Assembly: GCA_041652675.1 (NCBI GenBank)
Contig: JBAZGV010000002.1
Coordinates: 1-25,042, forward strand
Reading direction: 5' to 3'
Length of the DNA: 25,042 bases
DNA from: Candidatus Omnitrophota bacterium
GTDB taxonomy: Bacteria > Omnitrophota > Gorgyraeia > Gygaellales > Profunditerraquicolaceae
A program made the translations under genes and the position numbers. Positions 1 to 9,226 of the stretch are shown piece by piece. Under the pieces are notes generated by a model. The model was given only the letters and a program-made list of their open reading frames with translations, searched no databases and was not told where the DNA came from. The first letter of the stretch is position 1, and each line of letters starts with the position of its first letter.

Positions 1-631
1 TCTTCTTGGTAATATCACATACAGCCTTGAGCATAGGTTTTGGGCCGCAGGCGTAAATAGCTGATAGCTCATTGCTCATAGTTGGTAGCAAATTTACCAA
101 TAAATCTGTCACTCTACCGTTAAATCCGGCTGAACCGTCATCTGTCGCTATTCTAACATCACAACCCGAATTCCTAAACTCTTTTTCACAGAGAACCTGT
201 TTCTTTGCCCTTGCGCCGATTAAAACAATCTTATTTTTTGCTTTAATTTTTTCAGATAGAAAAAGTAACGGCGCAACGCCTATACCTCCGGCAACTAAAA
301 TAGCTATCTGGTTAGAAGGCTTCCCGGCCCGATGATGATCAAACCCATTTCCTAACGGGCCGATGATATCTAAATACTCGCCTCTTTTCCTGCCGGCAAG
401 AATTCTTGTCCCCTCGCCTAAAACTTCATATAGAATCTCTAATGTACCCCCAGAGACCTTATGTATGCTAAATGGCCTCCTTAAGAACGGCTTAAAACCA
501 TCGGATAATTTTATATTTAAAAATTGCCCGGGTTTGGCTCTTTTAGCCATAAGAGGAGCTTCAAAAATACAATGCCAATAATTTCCCCTGAACTTCTTAT
601 TATAGAGTATCTTATTTTTTGTTTGAATCAT
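1..631 (-). CDS. pyrK: Dihydroorotate dehydrogenase electron-transfer subunit (5' part; runs off the window edge)
   Basis: Not in the ORF track; translated manually from ATG at 631: MIQTKNKILYNKKFRGNYWHCIFEAPLMAKRAKPGQF...RRPFSI...LDIIGPLGNGF...LVAGGIGVAPL...ATDDGSAGFNG...IYACGPKPML. These are the FAD/NAD motifs of PyrK, and the gene lies in a pyr operon. Confidence 0.95.
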   Translation of the reverse strand, partial: MIQTKNKILYNKKFRGNYWHCIFEAPLMAKRAKPGQFLNIKLSDGFKPFLRRPFSIHKVSGGTLEILYEVLGEGTRILAGRKRGEYLDIIGPLGNGFDHHRAGKPSNQIAILVAGGIGVAPLLFLSEKIKAKNKIVLIGARAKKQVLCEKEFRNSGCDVRIATDDGSAGFNGRVTDLLVNLLPTMSNELSAIYACGPKPMLKAVCDITKK

Positions 632-1316
632 TCTGATTAAACGTACACCAACTTAAATACCCGGTTAAACATATAAATAAGAAAATAACCGCGGAGATAC
701 CTGTTAATTCTTTTAAATATTCTTTAATCCCGCCATATTTAATACCTTCCCAGGATTCTACCAAAAGAACCAAGAACAAAACTATAATAATAGCGCCGAT
801 CTCCTTCTTTATCCACTTTAGTTTTAAAGGGATATACTCGCAGATATCTCTCTCTAAAAGCGCATTTATTGAAGGGCATATACGCCGCGGAACCTCTTTG
901 CAATAAACAGAGTAGCTCTCAGGAAATAAAGATTTTAACTTTTTCTCCTCTTGATATATTAATAATATGTAACGAATAATAAAGAATACTATAAAAATAG
1001 CTACTACCCACCACTTAAAAAGCATAAGCACGACGCCTAAACCGATTAAAAATATACCGAGATACATAGGGTTACGCACTAAAGAATAGGGCCCGCCCTT
1101 GATCAAAACATTGCCATTCTTGGAATGTTCGGCTTTAAAACCCCGGGCAGATACCCGTATTAATTGCCCTAAAAGAATCAGGGCAATCCCCAAGACCTCC
1201 GCGATATTATCCGAAGAGCCGGTAATATCTTTGCGCAAAAATACCGCGGGGAAGGACGCGAGAAAAATTGTAGCTAAAAACATAACCAAACCGTTAATTT
1301 TAAGCCGTTTTTTCAT
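612..1316 (-). CDS. Membrane methyltransferase of the isoprenylcysteine carboxylmethyltransferase / PEMT family
   Basis: Hydrophobic helices plus the motif LIKGGPYSLVRNPMYLG and the downstream EEKKL...Y..Y...VPR pattern. Start is either ATG 1316 (2 nt after the fpg stop) or 1331 as in the ORF track. Confidence 0.8.
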   Translation of the reverse strand: MKKRLKINGLVMFLATIFLASFPAVFLRKDITGSSDNIAEVLGIALILLGQLIRVSARGFKAEHSKNGNVLIKGGPYSLVRNPMYLGIFLIGLGVVLMLFKWWVVAIFIVFFIIRYILLIYQEEKKLKSLFPESYSVYCKEVPRRICPSINALLERDICEYIPLKLKWIKKEIGAIIIVLFLVLLVESWEGIKYGGIKEYLKELTGISAVIFLFICLTGYLSWCTFNQNDSNKK

Positions 1317-1318
1317 AT

Positions 1319-2119
1319 TTATTTTTGGCACTTAGGGCAAAAATAAGTGCCTCTCCCTCCCAAAACATTCCTTTTTATCAGAGCCTTACAGGCAAAACAA
1401 GGCTTGCCTTCACGGCCATAAACTTTGTGATACTTTATATATTTCCCTTTTTCTCCGGATACCCTCACATAATCATCTACGGAAGAGCCGCCATAGCTTA
1501 TAGCTTCGGCCAAAATATCCTGCATTGAGTTAAATAAAAGCTCTTTCTCTCTGTTTAAAAGTTCGCTTGCTTTACGCTCTGGATTAATTTTAGCACGAAA
1601 TAGGATTTCTGCAGCATAAAGATTGCCAATACCGGAAATAAATTTTTGGTCCATAAGCAATGGCTTGATTTTAGTTTTTTTCACAGCCAGCATATCTTTA
1701 AATTTATTCAAGGTTAAATCTTTTGGCTCGGGGCCCAAATTTCGGATAAACTTAAACTCTCTCCAGTTATCCAGGAGCCTAAGCTCGCCGAATAACCTCT
1801 GATCATTAAAATCCAGGCTCTTGCCGTCGGATAAATGAAAGATTACTCTCGCGTTCTTGCCCTTCCCCGGATAAACAAGCTGGCCGGTCATCTTCAAATG
1901 AATAACCAAAGATTTAGCGCTGGATAATTCCAGAACCAGAACCTTTGCGCAGCGCAAAACCTTATTAATCCTTACCCCGCTTAATCCCTGTTTAAATTTT
2001 TGCAAAGAAGGTTCGCGAATTACTTTAGAGTTATAAACGCAAACTTCGCTGATCTTTTTCCCTATAATAACTTTTTCTAAATCACGTTTTATAGTCTCAA
2101 CTTCCGGTAGTTCCGGCAT
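1319..2119 (-). CDS. mutM: Formamidopyrimidine-DNA glycosylase / AP lyase
   Basis: N-terminal PELPEV, HLKMTG, H2TH motif GIGNLYAAE, and C-terminal zinc finger C..C...RGTYFCPKCQ. True start is probably the second Met (2119). Confidence 0.97.
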   Translation of the reverse strand: MPELPEVETIKRDLEKVIIGKKISEVCVYNSKVIREPSLQKFKQGLSGVRINKVLRCAKVLVLELSSAKSLVIHLKMTGQLVYPGKGKNARVIFHLSDGKSLDFNDQRLFGELRLLDNWREFKFIRNLGPEPKDLTLNKFKDMLAVKKTKIKPLLMDQKFISGIGNLYAAEILFRAKINPERKASELLNREKELLFNSMQDILAEAISYGGSSVDDYVRVSGEKGKYIKYHKVYGREGKPCFACKALIKRNVLGGRGTYFCPKCQK

Positions 2120-2129
2120 CATCGCCCCT

Positions 2130-5100
2130 TTACGGTTTTTTTATACCTTTGTGGTATGACTGCAAAGACTTAACATTTAAACCCTTCTTTAATAATATCT
2201 CCATGCCGCTTACTGTGGCCGAAGCCGCGGATATGCTTGTAATATAGGGTATATTATATAGTATTACCTGTGAACGGATTCTCACTTCATCCTGACGAGG
2301 AATTCTACCTGAAGGGGTATTAATCACTAATTGTATCTTTCCATCCTTCATTAAATCCAAAATATTCGGCCTTCCCTCGGCAATTTTAGGCAATACCGTA
2401 ACCTTAATATTGTTTTTCTCCAGGGCTTCGGCTGTACCAATAGTAGCATAGATATTAAACCCTAAATCTTCCAGCTTCTTAGCGATAAAAAGCACCTGCC
2501 GCTTGTCTCTATCGCGCACAGAAATAAACACATTGCCTTTCTTGGGCAGTTTCTGGCCCGCAGCAAGCTGGCTCTTAATATAAGCCAAACCAAAATCTTT
2601 ATCTATCCCCATAACTTCTCCGGTGGATTTCATCTCAGGCCCTAAAATAACATCTACCCCGGGAAAGCGGTTAAAAGGAAATACCGACTCTTTGATTGCG
2701 AAATATTTAGGTATAATCTCTTTGGTAAAACCTAAATCCTTGAGTTTTTTACCCAACATAACCTTAGTAGCCAGCTTGGCTAACGGTACGCCTATCGCTT
2801 TTGAGACAAAAGGCACGGTTCGAGACGCCCGTGGATTTACCTCTAGTATATAGACCTTGTCATCTTTGACCGCATACTGCACATTCATTAAACCCACGAC
2901 ATTTAATTCTTTAGCCATCTCTTGTGTCGCAAGGCGTATCTTATGCAGGATATCCTCTGATAAAGTATATGTGGGAAGAGACATGGCCGCGTCTCCTGAA
3001 TGAACTCCGGCATATTCAATATGCTCCAATATTCCGCCGACAACGAACGATTCGCCATCGCCGATTAAATCCACATCAACCTCGATGGCATCCTCTAAGA
3101 ACTTATCAATTAACACCGGATGCTCGCCAGAAACTTCGGCCGCCTCTTTTATAAATTGCTCCAGAGCGCTTTCATCATAAGCTATCTCCATAGCCCGCCC
3201 ACCTAGGACATAGGAAGGCCTGACTAATACAGGATAACCTATTTTCTTAGCTACTTCTTTCGCTTCTTCAAAATTAAAAACGGTGCCATTTTCAGGCTGC
3301 AGAAGATTTAATTTATGGAGCATCTGCTTAAAACGCTTACGGTCTTCGGCAATATCAATGCTCTCAGCTGAAGTCCCTAAAAGATTAACCCCTGCCTTAC
3401 GTAATGATACAGCTAAGTTTAATGGTGTTTGCCCGCCAAACTGCACAATTACACCCATAGGTTTTTCAAGCTCAACGATATTCATAATATCTTCGAAAGT
3501 AAGCGGCTCAAAATATAGCCTATCAGAAGTATCATAGTCTGTCGAGACAGTCTCTGGGTTACAATTAACCATAATACTATCAACGCCTTCATCTTTTAAA
3601 GCATAGGCCGCGTGGCAACAACAATAGTCAAATTCAATACCCTGCCCGATGCGGTTAGGGCCACCGCCTAAAATCACCACTTTTTTATTCTTGCTTGGCC
3701 TAGCCTCATCAGCTGTTTCGTAAGTAGAATAATAGTATGGCTGCTTAGCCGCGACTTCGCCGGCGCATGTATCAACTAACTTATATACTGCTTTTATATT
3801 TTGTTTCTTGCGCGATTCCCGCACTTTATCCTCCTTGGAATTTAACATAAACGCGAGCTGCCGGTCAGAAAAGCCATTCTCCTTAGCAGCCTTTAACAGT
3901 TCAAGGGGCAATTTTATCTCTTCTTCGGGTTTGTTATTTCTGTATTTCATTATCTTTCCCTCAACTTCAACCAACTCCTTCATATTATCAATAAACCAAC
4001 GGTCAATATGCGATAATGCGTAGATTTCATCCACGGATAAACCTGCTTTAAGCGCGTAACGAATATAAAAGATCCTCTCGTCGTTAGGCATGCGGATCTT
4101 ATCGCGGATCAACTTAACCAGAGAATTATCGGCTTTCTTCAGCTGTTCATCGGTGATTTTATCTTTACCATCCGCGCCAAAGCCAAAACGCGATATCTCA
4201 ATAGAACGAATGCCTTTCTGAAAAGCCTCCTTAAAGTTCCTCCCGATAGACATTGCCTCTCCAACTGCCTTCATCGATGTATTAAGAATGCGCTCCGCGC
4301 GAGGGAACTTTTCAAAAGTAAAACGGCAAATTTTAAATACACAATAATCAACCGTAGGCTCAAAGAACGACGCGGTCTTGCCCGTAATCTGGTTCATTAC
4401 TTCAGGGAGGGTAAACCCAACTGCTAATTTTGTGGCTACGCGCGCGATTGGAAAACCGGTTGCCTTAGAAGCTAAAGCTGATGAACGGGAAAGCCTTGGA
4501 TTAACTTCAATGATTACAATGCGGCCGTTATCAGGATTCTGGGCAAACTGAATATTCGCGCCTCCTCCGGTAATGCCAATCCTGCGGATAATCTTCTTGG
4601 ATAAATTCACGAAATTATTATACTCCTCCGCGGTCAAAGTCTGCGCGGGAGCAACCACAATACTATCTCCGGTATGCACGCCCATTGGATCCACATTCTC
4701 CATAGAAGTGATCATAATTACGTTATCCACGCAATCACGCATAACCTCAAATTCAATCTCCTTCCAGCCTAAGACTGACTGTTCAACCAAAATTTGATGC
4801 ACCGGGCTGGCTTCCAAGCCCTTAACCAAAAACTTTTCAAGTTCCTCGTGATTGTAAGCAATTGACCCTCCGCTTCCTCCTAAAGTATAGGCCGGCCTTA
4901 AAATTAACGGAAAGCCTATCATTAAACCAATCTTCATTCCTTCTTCTAAAAAAGTAGCTATGCCGCTTTTGGGCACATCAACACCTATCTCCTGCATCGC
5001 TTTTTTAAAAAGTTCCCTATCCTCGGCGCAAGATATCGCGTTTACCGAAGCGCCGATAGATTCTACCCCATACTTCTTTAAAATACCCTGTTTCATTAAA

Positions 5101-5402
5101 AAGAAGGCGAGATTTAAGCCTGTCTGCCCTCCTAAAGTCGGCAGTATCGCGTCCGGCCGCTCCCGAGCTATAATCTTAGTTACAATCTCGACGGTAAGAG
5201 GCTCAATATAAGTAACATCCGCTAATCCGGGATCAGTCATAATAGTTGCCGGGTTAGAATTAATAAGTATGGTAAAATACCCCTCTTCCCTTAACGCCTT
5301 GCAGGCCTGAGAACCGGAATAATCAAATTCGCAGGCTTGCCCTATGACGATAGGCCCGGAACCAATCATTAAAACTTTTTTAATATCTTTTCTGCGCGGC
5401 AT
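2130..5402 (-). CDS. carB: Carbamoyl-phosphate synthetase large subunit
   Basis: 1090 aa; [17 protein letters not shown], two ATP-grasp halves ([18 protein letters not shown]; [16 protein letters not shown]), [10 protein letters not shown], and a C-terminal MGS-like domain. Confidence 0.99.
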   Translation of the reverse strand: MPRRKDIKKVLMIGSGPIVIGQACEFDYSGSQACKALREEGYFTILINSNPATIMTDPGLADVTYIEPLTVEIVTKIIARERPDAILPTLGGQTGLNLAFFLMKQGILKKYGVESIGASVNAISCAEDRELFKKAMQEIGVDVPKSGIATFLEEGMKIGLMIGFPLILRPAYTLGGSGGSIAYNHEELEKFLVKGLEASPVHQILVEQSVLGWKEIEFEVMRDCVDNVIMITSMENVDPMGVHTGDSIVVAPAQTLTAEEYNNFVNLSKKIIRRIGITGGGANIQFAQNPDNGRIVIIEVNPRLSRSSALASKATGFPIARVATKLAVGFTLPEVMNQITGKTASFFEPTVDYCVFKICRFTFEKFPRAERILNTSMKAVGEAMSIGRNFKEAFQKGIRSIEISRFGFGADGKDKITDEQLKKADNSLVKLIRDKIRMPNDERIFYIRYALKAGLSVDEIYALSHIDRWFIDNMKELVEVEGKIMKYRNNKPEEEIKLPLELLKAAKENGFSDRQLAFMLNSKEDKVRESRKKQNIKAVYKLVDTCAGEVAAKQPYYYSTYETADEARPSKNKKVVILGGGPNRIGQGIEFDYCCCHAAYALKDEGVDSIMVNCNPETVSTDYDTSDRLYFEPLTFEDIMNIVELEKPMGVIVQFGGQTPLNLAVSLRKAGVNLLGTSAESIDIAEDRKRFKQMLHKLNLLQPENGTVFNFEEAKEVAKKIGYPVLVRPSYVLGGRAMEIAYDESALEQFIKEAAEVSGEHPVLIDKFLEDAIEVDVDLIGDGESFVVGGILEHIEYAGVHSGDAAMSLPTYTLSEDILHKIRLATQEMAKELNVVGLMNVQYAVKDDKVYILEVNPRASRTVPFVSKAIGVPLAKLATKVMLGKKLKDLGFTKEIIPKYFAIKESVFPFNRFPGVDVILGPEMKSTGEVMGIDKDFGLAYIKSQLAAGQKLPKKGNVFISVRDRDKRQVLFIAKKLEDLGFNIYATIGTAEALEKNNIKVTVLPKIAEGRPNILDLMKDGKIQLVINTPSGRIPRQDEVRIRSQVILYNIPYITSISAASATVSGMEILLKKGLNVKSLQSYHKGIKKP

Positions 5403-5419
5403 AAATTAACTCCTTCTTA

Positions 5420-6496
5420 TTAATGGCTCAGTAGCATTTTCATGAATCTTCTAAAGACATTATTAACTTCTTTGAACCCCGGGCAAACCGGTAAATACTG
5501 TATCCCTAAAATCTTTAATTTCTTGCTCTCAAACTCTTCCAGAGTACGGTCATTTAAATTATAACCGGTGATTTTTATCTCTTTAATCTTAAGCAACGAA
5601 GCAGCATCTATTACATAGGCATGATTCTGCGCGGTAATCTCTCCTTTAAAAACAGCGGGATTCTGCACCGGATAGTTTACGCCGCGATGGCCTGTTTTTA
5701 ATTTATGAGTTTTCACACCCAAAGTGCCGGCTAAAACTAAATTTCCCGTGGCTATGCCAAGAATGGGTATTTTGCCGATTAATGGCTTTAAATTTTTGGC
5801 AACCTCCTCTAATTCCGGCGCCTCTTCCGGGCCGTCTGATATAATTAAACCCGCGGGTTTCAGTTTTAAGATATCTTCCGCGTTCGTGTTATAGGGGAGA
5901 ATTGTTAATGAGAGCCCCAAAGGCTCCAACTGGCGGATAATGCTATTGGTTAGGCCAAGATCTAAAATCGCGACTTTTTTCTTACCCCTCACCCCTAGCT
6001 CTTTCTTTTTTTCAATAGAAATTTTGGCAAGCACCTCCGCGGGCTTATTTTTACGAAAAGCTTGGATCTTAGCAAGGAGCTCTTTTGTTTCAAAACAATC
6101 CGTGGAGACTATTCCTAACATAGAACCTTTTTGCCTTAAATGCACTGCCAACGTACGCGTATCTACTCCGGACAGAGTAATAAGATTATGCCTTTTAATA
6201 AAATCATCAAAACTCTCTTTAGCCTGCCAATTAGAGAATACGCGCGACTTCTCTTTGATAATTAAACCAGCCAACCAAACATTGCTTGATTCGTTAAATT
6301 TTGGGGCACAACCATAATTACCGATTAAAGGATAGGCCAAAACTAAGATCTTTCCCGCGTTAGCCGGGTCAGTGATCATCTCCTGATAGCCGACTACTGC
6401 AGTATTCATTATCGCCTCTCCAGTTCTTTCGCCTTTTAAACCCTCAACTTCACCCAGAAAACTCTTTCCATCTTCAAGCATAAGTATTCCCTTCAT
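5420..6496 (-). CDS. carA: Carbamoyl-phosphate synthetase small subunit homolog with a degenerate glutaminase active site
   Basis: LMLEDG, GYQE.ITDP, YPLIGNYG, GVDTR.L...LR..G, GHRG.N.PV and ITAQNH identify CarA, and it is adjacent to carB. Catalytic positions are substituted (GIATGNL instead of GICLGHQ; QYLPV instead of QxHPE). Confidence 0.95.
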   Translation of the reverse strand: MKGILMLEDGKSFLGEVEGLKGERTGEAIMNTAVVGYQEMITDPANAGKILVLAYPLIGNYGCAPKFNESSNVWLAGLIIKEKSRVFSNWQAKESFDDFIKRHNLITLSGVDTRTLAVHLRQKGSMLGIVSTDCFETKELLAKIQAFRKNKPAEVLAKISIEKKKELGVRGKKKVAILDLGLTNSIIRQLEPLGLSLTILPYNTNAEDILKLKPAGLIISDGPEEAPELEEVAKNLKPLIGKIPILGIATGNLVLAGTLGVKTHKLKTGHRGVNYPVQNPAVFKGEITAQNHAYVIDAASLLKIKEIKITGYNLNDRTLEEFESKKLKILGIQYLPVCPGFKEVNNVFRRFMKMLLSH

Positions 6497-6567
6497 TACT
6501 ATCCCTCCACTTTTGCCTTTATTCTGCCTATTCTATAGGTAAAATACTCCACTTATACCCTTAAATC

Positions 6568-6639
6568 TGCCCCTGACAGGAGTCGAACCTGTACCACTAG
6601 CTTCGGAGGCTAATGCGCTATCCATTGCGCTACAGGGGC
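6568..6639 (-). tRNA. tRNA-Arg(CCG)
   Basis: GCCCCTG acceptor pairs with CAGGGGC + discriminator A; D arm GCGC/GCGC; anticodon arm TTAGC-CT[CCG]AA-GCTAG; T arm ACAGG-TTCGACT-CCTGT. CCA is not encoded. Confidence 0.97.
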
Positions 6640-7878
6640 CTAAAATAAATTCAGCTGTTCTTCTTTATTCTTTTTAGCTTCGTCTTCGCCTAATATAGAG
6701 ATCGTCCCATATTCACCATCAAATCCGGCTAGGAGATTAACTCTACCTTCACGCACACTCAAAACTCCTTCGGCAACTTTTGGCGGCAATCCTTTTAAAA
6801 GATCATCTTTTGGCGCGCGCATTAATATATCAAACTCTGTTCCGAATTTAGATAAGTAACTATGATAATCCCTCTCTACTCCGACAGACCCCTTACCTAC
6901 GCCTTTTGCGTCGGCTATTATTTCTTCCAAAGGAATAAGATGTTTAAAAGGTATGGAATTATCCGGCTTAAAACCTTCTGGCCTGTCTGCTAACTTTTCT
7001 ACACGGTTTACCACGCCGATAGTAACTAACTTACCGCAGAGAGTGCATATGCCATTATGCTCTTTTGTTTCTTTTGGTGACCACCTTATTTTGCAAAGCC
7101 TATGGCCATCATAATGATATTTGCCTTCTTCAGGAAAAAATTCTATCGTATAAAGAAGCCTTTTCCTGTCTTTTGTCTTTAATACCTCACGTATAGTTTG
7201 GTAATCTAATTCACAATTAAATACATTCGCTTCCCGCCCGATCTTTTGCGGTGAATGCGAATCGCTATTAGAGATAAGCGTGAACTTATCCAACGCGCTT
7301 ATGCGCCAGTTCATTGCCGGATCAGATGAAAGCCCGGTCTCCAAGGCAAAAATCTTTGGCGTTTGCTCCTCAAAACAATCTTCAATTCTGTCAAATCCGG
7401 ACATCGAACCAAATAAACTGAACCAAGGGGTCCAAATATGCCCGGGGACAATCATACAATTTTCGTCAATATCAAAGACAATGCGCGCCAACTCTGCGGC
7501 ATCTAACCCCAGAATCGGCCTACCGTCGGAAGCCAGGTTACCTATACGCCCTAGCTTATCATTAATCTGATCTACGATTTTAAAAGAAGGAGCGAAAATT
7601 AGATTGTGAATCCTATAGGTCTTGCCTTTTTTAGAGTAAATACTGCTTATTTCCGCGGTTAAAATAAAATTAATACCATTGTATTTATATAAACCGTTAG
7701 CGCAATCTTCTAAATTATTTTTCAATTCCTCGAGCCATAAATGGTGCGTAAAATCTCCGGTACCCATTAGAGTGATACCCTTAAGCTTAGCCCACTCGCT
7801 TAAGTTTTTTACATCCATATTGCGGCTGGTGGCTCGGGAGTATTTAGAATGAATGTGAAAATCGGCTATGAATTCCAT
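6640..7878 (-). CDS. Endonuclease Q family (PHP-domain, TIGR00375-like) DNA repair endonuclease
   Basis: ADFHIHSKYS, GTGDFTH, GHIWTPWFS, ETGLSSD, SNSDSHS..KIGRE, GKYHYDGHR.C and a C..CG zinc motif match the EndoQ/YqxK family pattern. There is no UvrD fusion. Confidence 0.88.
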   Translation of the reverse strand: MEFIADFHIHSKYSRATSRNMDVKNLSEWAKLKGITLMGTGDFTHHLWLEELKNNLEDCANGLYKYNGINFILTAEISSIYSKKGKTYRIHNLIFAPSFKIVDQINDKLGRIGNLASDGRPILGLDAAELARIVFDIDENCMIVPGHIWTPWFSLFGSMSGFDRIEDCFEEQTPKIFALETGLSSDPAMNWRISALDKFTLISNSDSHSPQKIGREANVFNCELDYQTIREVLKTKDRKRLLYTIEFFPEEGKYHYDGHRLCKIRWSPKETKEHNGICTLCGKLVTIGVVNRVEKLADRPEGFKPDNSIPFKHLIPLEEIIADAKGVGKGSVGVERDYHSYLSKFGTEFDILMRAPKDDLLKGLPPKVAEGVLSVREGRVNLLAGFDGEYGTISILGEDEAKKNKEEQLNLF

Positions 7879-9143
7879 TTATTAACTTTCCCCTGGCAGA
7901 TTGTATATTCAACAAAACCTTTGAGGGTTTTGTTGATAAAACTTGAGTTTTTGGACTTTGATAAAAAATTCTCCTCCTTGACTATCCATTCTTTTTCCGC
8001 AGAGACTATAACTATATCCGCGTCTTTACCTATACTGAGGCAGCCCTTATCTATGCCTAAAATGCGGCTGGGGTTAATTGCCATCTTTTCCACAAGGCCG
8101 CTCCAACTTAAAATACCTCTTCCGATTAACTCTGTGATCGCAACCGCTAATTCCGTCTCTAATCCGGTTACTCCGAATTCCGCTCGCTCAAACTCTATCT
8201 CTTTTTCATTCTCCGTATGTGGGGCGTGATCCGAAGCAATAACATCAATTGTCCCGTTTGCTAAGCCCGCCCTTATCGCTTCAACATCTTCCTTGCTACG
8301 CAAGGGAGGATTCATTTTAAAATTTGTATCAAACCCTAGAACCATCTCTTCATTAAATGTAAAATAGTGCGGTGCGGTTTCACAGGTTAACTTAACTCCC
8401 TCTTTCTTAGCGCGGGCGATTATCTCTAACGACTCTTTACAGCTTACGTGCGCGATATGCATAGCCGCGCCTGTTTTTTCCGCTAACGCAATATCCCGGG
8501 CAACTCTTTTATATTCCGATTCTTTAGATATTCCCTTTAAACCTAAGCGGGTAGAAGTAAAACCCAAGTTCACTACCCCGGAGTCTGATAATTTCTTATC
8601 TTCAGAATGGCAGATAACCGGAATTTTTGCCTTTTGCGCGCATTCTAAGGCCTCTAACATTAGTTCCTCTGAATCAACCGATGCCCCATCATCAGAGATG
8701 GCCACCGCCCCATTTTTCTTAAGCCCGGCAACATCAACTAATTCCTTGCCTTGGCGGAGTTTAGTAATAGCCGCGCAAATGAAAACATTTGCCTTAGCGC
8801 TTTTAGATATCGCGTCTTTTAAAAATTTGATATTCTCTATGGAATCAATCGCCGGATCAGTATTAGGCATCGCTAAAAGAGTGGTAACTCCGCCGTGCAG
8901 AGCGGCTTTGGTCGCGCTACAGATAGTCTCCTTATCTTCTCTACCCGGTTCCCTTAAATGCACATGCATATCAACACAACCGGGGATCACAATTTTACCG
9001 CCTGCCTCAATTATGTTATCCGCGCCTGCCTTAATATTTTTTGCGACTTTAGATATTTTGGAACCATCAATTAAAATATCACTGACTTCATCTAAGTTGT
9101 TTACCGGATCTATAACACGCCCGTTCTTAATTAGTATTTTCAC
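7866..9143 (-). CDS. pyrC: Dihydroorotase (type I, multifunctional-complex type)
   Basis: VDMHVHLREPG, AISDDG, HSED, HIAHVS, KMNPPLR and SDHAPH; metal ligands look intact. Start placed at GTG 9143 (MKILIKNGRVIDP); the ORF track extends it to 9176. Confidence 0.97.
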   Translation of the reverse strand: MKILIKNGRVIDPVNNLDEVSDILIDGSKISKVAKNIKAGADNIIEAGGKIVIPGCVDMHVHLREPGREDKETICSATKAALHGGVTTLLAMPNTDPAIDSIENIKFLKDAISKSAKANVFICAAITKLRQGKELVDVAGLKKNGAVAISDDGASVDSEELMLEALECAQKAKIPVICHSEDKKLSDSGVVNLGFTSTRLGLKGISKESEYKRVARDIALAEKTGAAMHIAHVSCKESLEIIARAKKEGVKLTCETAPHYFTFNEEMVLGFDTNFKMNPPLRSKEDVEAIRAGLANGTIDVIASDHAPHTENEKEIEFERAEFGVTGLETELAVAITELIGRGILSWSGLVEKMAINPSRILGIDKGCLSIGKDADIVIVSAEKEWIVKEENFLSKSKNSSFINKTLKGFVEYTICQGKVNKWNS

Positions 9144-9218
9144 CCCCGCACCTTCCCTCAATTCATTACCCCTCACCTTTAAATATTTAATTATGAATAT
9201 TTTAGAAGGTGCGGGGGT
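9142..9218 (-). repeat. Perfect 14-bp inverted repeat (9142-9155 / 9205-9218) in the pyrB-pyrC spacer
   Basis: ACCCCCGCACCTTC at 9142-9155 is the exact reverse complement of GAAGGTGCGGGGGT at 9205-9218; 49-nt loop. Confidence 0.92.
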
Positions 9219-9226
9219 TCATCTTT

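Noticed and set aside
6497-6567. AAGTGGAG duplicated plus a 5-bp CCTAT/ATAGG hairpin in the tRNA-carA spacer
   Set aside because: Too short and weak to exceed chance; the second copy is simply the carA SD region.
7866-9143. PyrC as an inactive PyrC' scaffold subunit
   Set aside because: HxH, the Asp bridging position, both further His ligands and the catalytic SDHAPH Asp are all present.
9144-9176. N-terminal extension MRGNELREGAG on PyrC as called by the ORF track
   Set aside because: Homology begins at (M)KILIKNG, and GTG 9143 has a purine-rich SD region upstream. It remains only a minor alternative start.
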